Under the pieces are notes generated by a model. The model saw nothing but the letters and a program-made list of their open reading frames with translations. It was not told the DNA's origin and made no database searches. The position numbers and the translations under genes are program-made. Of a stretch of 64,000 bases of DNA, positions 24,008 to 34,949 are shown one piece after another. Source of the stretch: Chlorokybus atmophyticus (taxonomy: Eukaryota; Plantae; Mesostigma and Chlorokybus algae). Each line of letters starts with the position of its first letter. The stretch's first letter is position 1. The DNA lies in contig RHPI01002910.1 in NCBI GenBank assembly GCA_009103225.1, forward strand, positions 299,159 through 363,158, given 5' to 3'.

Positions 24008-24614
24008 GTCAAGAAGCCACTATTATAAGTAGTAATGTTTACACAGTTCTTTGCATGAGCGGAAAATGTGTTGCACTGTTAAGTGAGGTGAATGCGCAAG
24101 CAACATGTGGATGCTATACCCTGACTGATGCCAACAAGCACACCGCGACCAAACGCACCAAGCTCACACGAACGACAAGCACGGTGCACATGAGCATGCA
24201 CAGACTCTCACACGGTGAGGGGATTCTTGGTAACCACGACAGCGTGTTCGTAGTTCAAGTCGCTTCACAAGCTTCTAGCTTTCTCACTCACAGTGTCACC
24301 AGCTGATCTGGTGAACACCGCGACTACTTATACAAGTCAAATCATAACTGTTTAGAACACAAGCTAAAGGCCATATTAGGGCTTTTCCCATAAAAAACTC
24401 CCCTTTGATATTTAAACATAACATGTAATTGAATTCACAACTGAAACAGCTACGCGCGGTGCCTATGTAGGCTACGGTCATAAGCTAGTCCAAGGTCATG
24501 ATCTAGCCATTGGTCAGTGACGCGCGCGGTTTGGTATGCTGATAGTCCGAGCGAGGGTCTTGATGTAAGCATGCCCGATGCAGGCTGGCACACGAGGACA
24601 ATGGGCATGACAGC
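24008..24614 (-). repeat. Repeat A1 (5' terminal repeat of the retroelement)
   Basis: Direct copy of 13521-14110. It is not accompanied by a B copy on either side. Confidence 0.92.
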
Positions 24615-26322
24615 ATGCTGCTAACCGTGCATGCCACTATGCATGTGCATTTCCATTTCATATTGTTTGTACGTGTAACACTTTAATTGTACGCATAACC
24701 TTCTGTAATGCAACTTTAGCAACAAACGGTTCGTACTTACCGATACACACATTGTTTATATGCATCATGCCATGCGCATATGAACACCAAATGCCAGTTT
24801 GCGGACACTTAAGATTCTAGAAAATGGGCAAAAGCAAAGGTCGGAGCTTGAAAGACGGCGAGGTGAAAAGTTAGATCATGATATGCAAACCACAACGTTT
24901 TAATGATACCACTACTAAGCTTATTTGGCCGCCCCGTATGGTTTTCTATATTTCCCACTGGAAACTGCCTAAACAAACTGCATGCTGCGGGGAAAGTTAT
25001 TCGTCCCCTATCTGCGAGGTTGGTCTTCATGTGAGTGGGATCTTCTTGTAAGAGGATCGGAGGCCCCGCTTGCTGCGTAGAATGTTGTTGTACCGCAATG
25101 TAGGATGAGGTTAAGTGATACGTCTCTTGACACCACATTAATCACATGGCGTCAAGACAGAGTTGTGAATATCCTCTGCTGTGCAGGTGGTAATCTTGCT
25201 GTCTTACCACTTGCGTTGCTGGTTGTTGCCTGAGGGTCTAATGTAGTTATTATGGTTGTTAAGATACTTGTGTAAGCTGTTAGCTCTGTCTTGGCCCTTG
25301 CTTAAAAATAAGTCTTGTTTGCTTGCTGTGCGGCCTGCTTGGTGTGTCTGCTCGCACAATGCATTCTCTGAGCGTGCTTCGCGTAGCTCATATGTAAGTT
25401 ATAACACAGTTGTGATTTAAATGCCCATTCATATCATGATATGTGCACAATTTTCGAGATTTGACACCATCTTACCCTTGCAGGTTATTATTATATTGAT
25501 CATATGGGTTGCAATTAAATAGCTGCTATCTCACAAGTGCTCCGATTGAATATTCAAACATATGCTAACAATGATATGTATGCTCATTACATAAAGCCTT
25601 ATTACGCTAGGATACCAATGCTCATGGTCCCAATCGGTGAGTGCACAAGCATGAATGATAATTTTTGTACATGACATCCAATTCTTACATAACGCGAAAT
25701 TAACCAAAACAATTGCCAATATATACATTGATACATCAGATTCATCCGTTTAACTTTTAAATAAGAACCGCTTTAAGCTCCGCGCGACATGGCGGGCTTG
25801 AATACGTAGTACATATGCTTAATAATAATACGTATATAACATATATATATACATATAATGTACAAAATTTTCATCGTTGAAAGTATTGTGTTCTCTCTAT
25901 GTCATTCTGTTTCCGGTATTGACGTACATGAAATACTTGGCTTTACAAGCGTTACGGAGACCCAAAATTTCCTTGAACACTTGTGAGTCACAACTTGTAT
26001 TTGTAAGTCTTGAATTGTAGCTTCGCCTCGTTGTAACCTACATGCCTCCCTCATCACCCCCACGCTACCCAGTAAGGAAGGTACACGGTCTTCCATAGAG
26101 TGCGCTGATGGGGCCGCAGTTCAGACCTATCTGGAAGCTTTGTCCCAACCGTCCAAGCAAAGTGACATCTCATCCAATGCGCCTCATCCAACGGCTAACA
26201 CCGCACCACGCAGCGCCCACCGCATGCTCAAGCACTGGCACAACAACCTGAGCCAGCTCCATAAGCTTGTCCCACAGCCTCTGCGGCATTAGCGGAGTGT
26301 GCCACCCCAAGGCTGAGCCATC

Positions 26323-28128
26323 ATGCAGGCGGTGTCGGCCTCCGTGACGCGCACCGCCGCCGCCGCTGCTGTCGCACGCTCTTCTTCCTCCGCCTCCGCC
26401 GCCTGCTCGTCTCAGGCTGTGCGCAGCCACACCTTTGCTGGCCGGCCTGTGCGCGCCCAGCCTGCCAAGTTCACCGCCGCTGCTCCAACTGGACGCCTCG
26501 CTGCCAAGAGGTGAGCTTCGGTTGTGCATGCAGGGTTGGCACCGGAGTTGAGTAAGTTCCTGCGACAGCAGGCTTGGTCAAGCCAGTTTGGTTAGTTGTC
26601 TCTGGCTGGTTTGCATGTGTGGAGAGTGGTGGTGGGGCAGCGCATGTGGTGTCTTTGTGTGTGCTTGTCCGTATGTGTCACTCAACCGAAGTCGGGTTGA
26701 GCCAAGCATGGTGCAACCCTCATTGCCGAAAGGTAGCTAAAGCAGATTCCTGTGTTCATCTCGAACAACAACTTGCAGCGCAATTCACACTGCTTCTTGC
26801 ATGCAAATGCAGTTGGTACAGCCGTGTTTCACAACAGTCACGGAAGTATAACAACATAAGCACTACAGCTGTATGGCAAAGCATAACCTAACACAGTCAG
26901 CTGATGCGCGTTTGCATGTGCAGCATGGGTTTCTTCAGTCCAGTTCGCGCGCTGTTTGGCGCCACCAAGCCGGCGGGTGAGCGTACTTCCACCCTTGCGC
27001 CCAAGACCGCTCCCGAGGGCCTAGAGCTCGCAACTGTTGCAGGTTCGCATGCCATCAGCACTATATGAACTTGCACGTTCAGTCATATCACGCGATGTGT
27101 AGATGGTTTTGGGCTTGAGTGGCTCCAGAATGAGTGCTTGCCTTGTACCTGGGATATCAGTAGGTATTTGTTATGTATTTTTGTGAATTGCTTACTGGTA
27201 GCTCTTTGCAGGTGGCTGTTTCTGGGGGCTGGAGCTGGCACTGCAGCGAGTACCTGGTGTGGTGAAGACTTCTGTTGGTTACACCCAAGGCAGGGTTCCC
27301 AACCCTATGGTGCGTGTTGGGCCGTTAATTTTGTGATCTATGGCATAGTCAATTGTTGCATCGCAGGGACACTTTAGCTTCTTCAATCATTCAGTCACAC
27401 TGCAGCTGTGCATGTGTGCAGTATGAGGAAGTCTGCTCGGGATCAACTGGCCATACAGAGGCAGTCCAGGTGACTTACAATCCTCAAGAAGCGTCTTACG
27501 AGCAGATCTTGAGTATGTTCTTCTCCAAGACAGACCCAACAACACTCAACCGACAGGTGCGTTATCCGTGCGCCTGCCAGTATAGGCCATCAGGCTTGGC
27601 AGTTCTACGTTACATGTTGTTACAGGACGAGTGGCGGGTTTACTAACGTGAAGCCATGCTGGATAACAGGGCAACGATATGGGCACGCAGTACAGGTCTG
27701 GAATCTACTTCCACACACCGGAGCAAGAAGAGGTTGCAAGGGCAAAGCTGGTGAGTGCTGCAGTTGCGTTGTTGGTTCAAGTACATCGCATAAGTACATC
27801 GCATAGATACATATTAATGCACACATATGGATGCACTTTCCAATGCTGGCACCTATGTGTCACACCACGGCATACACAGGCTGAGGTGGAGAAGAAGCTT
27901 GGCAAGAAGGTGGTGGCAGAGCTGAAGCCCGCTGGCGATTACTACTTTGCCGAGGACTACCATCAGCAGGTATGCGCTTGTGCGTTTAGCTAGCATCGTT
28001 TGCGGTCCACATATCTCATGGCGCTGATAGCCTGTACTGCTGCGCAGTACCTGGAGAAGGGAGGGCGTTTCAACCGACCGCAAAGTGCAGCGAAGGGCTG
28101 CAATGACCCTATCCGCTGCTATGGTTGA
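26323..28128 (+). CDS. MSRA: Peptide methionine sulfoxide reductase A, plastid-targeted; 7 exons
   Basis: Ala/Ser/Arg-rich transit peptide. Catalytic AGGCFWGLE, then [61 protein letters not shown] and C-terminal [10 protein letters not shown]. Confidence 0.97.
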
Positions 28129-29106
28129 GACACGCCAGGTGTCATCACTAGGCACAGCTGAGTTTTGATGTGTAGAGTGCAAGTTGGCCTGGCAGGGCGC
28201 ACTTCGCTCTAGTGCCGGCAATTGTGATGTACATAAGACTTTTGATTGATGTTGCGCATTCCTTCAAAAGTACGGTTTTGGTTATCGGTTTGGTATGCAT
28301 TACATTTGAGAGGATTGACATGGGGTCACTCTATCGCAGCTGTTGAGATTTTGGTGTACAAAAGGTGTTATCAACCTCATGCACATGCATGATGCCCAAT
28401 GCGTTAGGCGCAAATGCCGCAAATATTTGATAGACTGCTGCATTCATGCTCTCAAATTATGAATCTAGAACATGCAAACATGACAGCGACAACTACGAAG
28501 AACGATATGTTGCATTGCGCTACCATATTATATGCATGCTGTATGACGTTAAACCCTGTTCAACCCCAATCAATAAAGTGCAATGGCAGTGGCAACAGCG
28601 ATACATGATGGTGGGTGAAGCGGGTGTGGCTCTGGAGCGGCGGGTGGGGGAATCTTCCTTACAGCTGCTACTGCTGCAAATGATGCAGAGTCTAGAAGCT
28701 AACCACGGCCGCTGTGCAGGTGACCAAGTCTGCAGTTGCATGCATGCATGACTAACAGGGTGGGGTAGTGGTAGTGAGCATAGTTAAGCCTGGTGGTCGT
28801 GTTAAAGATGCATATGTGATGAACTTGCATGTTGGTGTGTGGTGCTGGCTGCTGGCATGCAGCATGCTTTGCTGTGTGGTGTATGCGTGGGCATGCATTG
28901 CACGCAGTTAATCCCCTCCAGATTCTTATGTACACATGGCAGTCCCACACATGGCAGTTTCACACGCATAACCACCCGCCCACCGAGAGCTTTATTCACC
29001 AGAGGGTGTAGCTAGGGGCCTAGTGCAATTAGCTAAGTGCAACCGACAGCGAAGTTGACCAACAGCTGGAAAGCACGTATGGCTGTGCATGTAGACAGGG
29101 CGTGGG

Positions 29107-29990
29107 TTAGCGCTGGGCGTGGACACCGACTGGCAGTGACTGCAAGGATTGCAAGGACGACAACGACAATGCTGATGCCCCCGCCGCCACCCGCTGCCTC
29201 AGCCTGATGTGCCCTATCTGTCAAGTCGCGGAATGCTGTTTAGTGTTAGCTCGTTAAGGTTAGCCATGCCAGTCACACAAGTCCGAAGTGAGTGTGATGG
29301 CTTGAGCGAGTCCAGGCCAGCAGAGTCAGTCCATGGCAGCACATGGCGTCGCATTGCTGGTTAATGTTAGTTCATAACGATAGAATGGTAGCATGGGCAG
29401 ACATTGCATGCATGCCGGCAATTGCTTGGCTCCACATGTCTGCACTCACCTACTTACCTGTTTGTTGACGTCGTAGCAGTTATCTTCGTTGCCATCACCT
29501 GTTGTGTGCTGCTTGGCTTCAGCTGCATGTGCAAGTGTGTCCCTGACACGCCATAGTATTGTTGCCCAAATGCATGCAAGTGTCTTGATAACTCAGTGAT
29601 GTTGGGTCTGTTTATTGCAGCTGCTGGGAAATTGGTGTCTTTTTGTGTACAAAAGGTGTTTTAATATTCCCAGCACATATACGATGCCGATGGCGTTATA
29701 TGCAAGCTACATGCAAGTGCACAAACTGAGCATCATGGTGTGAATAGCAAGCACCTTCGCAAGTTTGGCTTGTGTAGTGAGTGCGCGTGACAGCGATCCA
29801 AAGATTGCAGGCGGGCAAACCCTAATTCGCGTTCCAAACCTATCGTGGCTCCGGTTGGCACTGCCCACTTCTGGCAGTTGCTAACCCGTGGGGTTGCTGT
29901 GATAGGTGGGGGATTATGCAAGCTATGGGTATTGTCTACGCCGCTGCTGCTGCCGGCCTCTGCTCTTCTCTTGGCTGTTCATTGTGTTGA
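29107..29990 (-). other. Possible spliced orphan transcript or decayed gene (exons ~29990-29840, 29522-29458, 29217-29107)
   Basis: Three segments bounded by GT-AG sites (including a strong CAG|GTAAGT donor) splice in a compatible frame to a short peptide. No start codon or homology was recognised. Confidence 0.25.
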
Positions 29991-32035
29991 TTTGTTGTAT
30001 CCGCACACGCAGCTGTGGGGGGCTTGGGCGAGCCGTTGGCACTGTGCATTGCTTGCCGTTTTTACTTCACTTGCAAAGTTTGTGACCACTGCCACTTGTG
30101 ATGCTCTGCTTTTTGTGCGTATATATATGCATACAATATATATGCACAATCACGAAAGTAGAGTTTTGACAATGGCAGTAGTGCATGCAGCTCGTGCTAT
30201 TGTTAACAATGAAAATCGTATCAAAACATAAGTAGTCTATAGAGTAGCTATTAAAAACAATAAACAAGTATAAAGTATATATAGGCTTGTCAATAGCCTA
30301 AAAGCAAGACAGTAGCAAGATGGCAGCAAGGCTAGCAAGGCACATAGCAAGCACAATATAAGAATTATAGCAGAGGCAATGCAACGCTAAGGGTATGTGC
30401 ACTGCTTGAATGCGTGCAGATGGGGTGGAGGGGCATGAGGCAGCAATAGCAGGCAGTAGGCTAGCAACAACCAACCAACCAACCTGTTGCAAGCAGAGCT
30501 ATGGTTAGGATTGGTAGCAGAGGTACAGGGCACGACAAGAGTGCAACAATAGCATGCAATGGCAGCGGGGCGTAATTATACAAAGTACAGAGCACTGGAT
30601 TTGAATTGCAGAGTAAATGTGCAAGCCAACCACATCCCGCAATCAAACAAGGCAATACAAAAGCATTCCACGACAGCAAGCAATATGGGGGGGGGGGGAG
30701 GCGAAGTATGCAATGAGGGATAAATCATGCACATTACGTGCTTCATTGACAACCGGCAACCATCCATGTACGCAATGGTTGAGAGGCACCCTTAGCATAA
30801 TAGAGCTTGAGTGCAAAGTTGTGCGGCACACCTCAGTTACATACAAAACTCAGTTAAGGATATACGCAACCTTATATTCACGAAAGTTGTACATTCACAT
30901 GTCTATAAAGTGACAGTTGTAGCTGCATGCGCCTACAGCACTTGTGTTTATGCGTTTACAAATCCACATGCTAGCTATTGCCAAGTAAGTGGTTCTACTA
31001 CATTTGTGATGCATCACGTAACATTATTTATTCAGTAATTAAAGTTTAGATTGTTGATGGTATTTCATGTTGATGGCTTGAAGTGGTGTTGAATGTATTC
31101 GTGTGGAAAAGTAAAAATACTCAGATAGCATAGTATTCATGTACAATTGACATGTCGAGCAATTGTGAACTTGGCAATAAACCTTCATCAAGGAATTTCA
31201 ATATATCTTCATGTGTATACAATTATTGATACGAATAAGCGTAATTATGATTGATAAATCTAATACACTTTATTACTTTTGTGCTTTCAACGTTTGTATG
31301 GGAACAATTGTTTCCTGCCTTTATCACGATACCAATGGCATACGTTAGCAAGGAATGTCGTTAAATAAACATGAGCCCCATCTTTTTTGATGAGATGTTT
31401 GCAAGTCGGTAAACAACTTTATGCTTCAAATGAATGTCCAGGAACCAACCCTTGTGGCCCATTCATACGCCCACAAGCTATTAATGATACTATCAGCATT
31501 AATATCATACTGGTGCTATCAAACTTATTATGCTGGCAGTTTTACAATAATGATGACACAGAACATGTTCATTGGCACAATTAACAATCAACACTATAAC
31601 TACCGCTATTAATGCTATCATATGGATGCTTAATAGACAAGCCTCGAGTATACGAATCAGCACCACCCACACGGCAAACACCAAGTTGTAACTGCAAGTT
31701 AATGCGCCAGGGGGGAGGGGGGGGATTGCGCTTTTATTGACATGGTTGACGTAAACAACAGTCGAAAGTTGTTGCCGTGTCGGCTCGGTTACTATCCAAT
31801 GACGGAGCAACCCAATAATGAGCATCTCAAAGGTGGCGCAGTATTGCAATACCATATTATCATTGCTATAATTGACTTGTATTCTAGCACAAATGCATCA
31901 ACGATAAGTAATATTCATAATTACAACTTAAACGTAATATTAACAAATATTGCTATACATTGCAGCAGATTAATTATGTTATGTTAAGTATGAGTTTATT
32001 ATTTTGCATATATATATATATGATGTTATACATGC

Positions 32036-32069
<34 letters not shown>

Positions 32070-32193
32070 GATGTTATACATGCAAACATTTTGAAGTATT
32101 TGCGTATTTCACACTGTGTGACATAAGATTTCAAGGCCTTAAATTATGAGATGATGTAGGGCCGTGTATAAAAAACATCAGATTAAAAAGTAT

Positions 32194-32714
32194 TGTAGCA
32201 GCACCACCGTCGCCGGCGATGCCTCTTCAATCCTTTGCCCCAACACCCACACCGCCTGAGACTAGCCAAATTACACCGCCGGCAGCATGGCGCTGCAAGG
32301 GATAAAGATAGATGATGATCTCATCTATTAATGGGGCCTCTTGTATCAAGAGTACATACATATCATAGTGTATATATATCGCAATGATGTCTCTCAATAA
32401 TAAACTCATAACCTCCAATAAAGCTCCAATTTCAACGATAAAGTCCCCAGCGATAACATATTGATAATGTATCTAGCAACGAGGTACCGAACTTAATGTC
32501 TAACTATATGGATCGCATATATGAATGCGACACTTAATGCTTCAATATGCGGTTCTACACCCATTGAGACTTACCAAAGGTATGATGGAGCATTATACCT
32601 TTGGTAATACGGGCCTTTATAAGCAAAGAACCGTAGAAAGAAGTATAAACAAGTATTTACAATGAAATTTGTTGTTTTAATAGCAATAATACTCCTATTA
32701 TTGCTCCCGTTGTA
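32194..32714 (+). mobile_element. Solo LTR (521 bp), same family as 17643-18168
   Basis: TGTAGC...GTTGTA termini with a perfect 5-bp TSD AGTAT on both sides. Colinear with the reverse complement of 17643-18168 (cagcaccaccgtcgccgg.gatgcc.cttcaatcct; ctacacccattg.gactta; tagcaataatac.cctattattgctcccgtt). Confidence 0.88.
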
Positions 32715-33398
32715 AGTATAATTGCATGCACGCAGGTACACACAACAATACATTTAAGTAATGCCAACGTTGGCTTTATTTAAGTTGGTTAAACCGTGAG
32801 CATTTTGTTTACGCTAAACATCAAGCAAAAGAGACACATGTATATAGCGACATGTATATATTAACATAGAATGATTTTATAATAAACGTAAGTTATCAAT
32901 TGGTAAGTGATAGCTACGGTACCCCTTTTAACTCATTTGCGTGCAATGTAATGCAGCAAGAGTATAGTCATGTTGTCTTGGTACCAATGATATTGTGACG
33001 GTAATTTAATTTGAGCGGCACAATATCTTATTGCAAGTGAACATGAGTGTCAAGTAAATGTATGTAAGTTGATGCTCTTCACTTCAACTCTAAGTCTATC
33101 CCAGTGCAGCAACAATATATAAGTGCACGTAAATGGGTGCGCGTTAAAGTTAGGCACAAGTATCAAGTTGATTGCGCACACGTGTAAATATTTCTCACAT
33201 AAATAGCGACTACAGTCCCTCACTTTTTACACGATTGCATGTAAAGTCTACATTTGATGCAGCATTCAAAACGCCGGCGGGGAAGGGTTAACCCTCTTTC
33301 GCCCCCCCTTCATCAAGTGAAAAATGAGTTTTCAAAGTGCCTGCGATGGGTATGGTTAGATGTTGGGGCGCTGGGGGCGGAATGAGGGGGGGAGAGGG

Positions 33399-33488
33399 NN
33401 NNNNNNNNNNNNNNNNNNNNNNNNNNNNNNNNNNNNNNNNNNNNNNNNNNNNNNNNNNNNNNNNNNNNNNNNNNNNNNNNNNNNNNNN
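33399..33488. other. Assembly gap (N run) with G-rich flanks
   Basis: Seen directly in the sequence. Confidence 0.95.
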
Positions 33489-34949
33489 GGGGAGGGGGCT
33501 TCTGTTGGGGTAATTGCCATATATTAAGGCACACATGCTTTGTAATAGCACCGATGCAGATGCAAAAGCATAAGACACACACCTCCAATCATGTGCAAAA
33601 TTTCAAGCAATGAAGAATACAGAACGTTCGTGGTGTTTACTATGGCACGGCATCGCGTAAAGGCCGCCACTTGCTTCTTATCGCATGAGAAATCTTTAGC
33701 ACAACAATTGCATAATATGTACATACTAAGTGCTACTGTGCGCGGAAAGACCTAAGCGTTGTTTATAAACGCCTTTAGCATACATTTCTTGTATATGATA
33801 CACATTCCCATGTAACCAGTCAACTCATTCACAACATACCGGTACGTCATGCATGACCTATAGGGGTTTCGAACAAGGCCGCTTCATGGGATTCATCATG
33901 AATCATCATGTGCTTAACAACACGCAGCTACATGCCAAACAGCACACGGAACAGGTGCAGGACGTGTCCTGGATCCCGCGTTGCACTCAGCCCGTACGCT
34001 GGCGGTGTGCGGTCCCAACCGAACACGTGTTCACCGTGGCAATCAACCGCTGCTCCAACAAGCCGGCCGACCGGTTCGTAAACGCGCAATCGGTCTAGGC
34101 CTAGACCTGATCCCCCATGCCCTCATGCCTCCACCAGCCTGCACCAGCCCAAACCCAGGTCATGAATGTCCGGAGACTTCCCTGCTCGTCCGGTTCTCTC
34201 CCTTTGCATGGCCGATTCACGTGCCACGGTGGTGCACGCGCGCAATCAAGGGCGCGAATCCGGAAGGGCCGAACCCAAACAATGCCCTGCATTGTGCATG
34301 TTGTTGCGTGTGTGCATTTCGCGCCCTCAACTCTAGAGAACAGTTCTCTCCTGCGGTTAAGAACAGGACACTTAACCAGTTAACCTGAACCGGGCTATAA
34401 TCGCCATTCAGAATTCTACTGCCATCCTCCCATGGTACTGAGGATATCGCGGAGAAAGTTTTGGTTAGTTAACTGCTACCCGCCAAAACCCTAGCGGACG
34501 CAAGTGGCATGATGTGACAGGCGTGGCCAGGGGTGTGTGGCGGCGGCGACAGCAGTGGCGGGAGGGTTGAGGCGGGCGGCGAGAGCCATGACGTGACAGC
34601 CGTCGCCGTTCAGGCTGTCTTGTCAAGCGCTTTTCGGGGCGGCGGTGGTTTGCGATTTGGTATGGCGGTGCTGTCAGGCTCGGAGGTTTCTCCCCACGTT
34701 AAGCAGGTAAATCTTGGCACGGAGACGAAGCTTGCTGCTTACGATAGGATGTTGTTTCGTGGGTAATTGTTGTGGCTAGCCCTGCGTGTATGCTGCTTGC
34801 CGTTCAGCGTCTACGTTGCCGCACGCTTGCCTGCCGCCGAGCTGCGTAATCTGCTACGTACTACCAGTAGGCAGAAGGTGCATGCGTTTGGTATGTGGAT
34901 GGCATGTAAGCGGAGCTGTAGGCCTTGTAGATAGTGCTGGCATAAGCTA

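Larger units (their letters stand above)
13300..24614 (-). mobile_element. Degenerate Ty3/Gypsy-type retrotransposon carrying a DNMT3-like methyltransferase and a PHD finger, with split direct repeats
   Basis: Minus-strand order: Gag with CCHC knuckle, protease (VMLDTGAQPVII), C5-MTase, RT (YIDD), RNase H (PFILHTDWS), DDE integrase (TDQGIEF, HPKADGLAERAV), PHD. It is flanked by repeat A at both ends and repeat B twice at the 3' end. There are multiple stops and frameshifts. Confidence 0.93.

Noticed and set aside
24005-24020. TGGCTTCTTGAC as a tRNA primer-binding site after A1
   Set aside because: I could not match it to a known tRNA 3' end. The same motif also occurs at the A2/B2 junction and at B1.
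29451-29460. TACTTACCTG, resembling the U1 snRNA 5' end
   Set aside because: It is the reverse complement of a CAG|GTAAGTA splice donor. No U1 stem-loops or Sm site follow.
30300-30360. Short AGCAAG-type repeats as a CRISPR-like array
   Set aside because: They are irregular 6-10 nt repeats without unique spacers, in a eukaryotic context.
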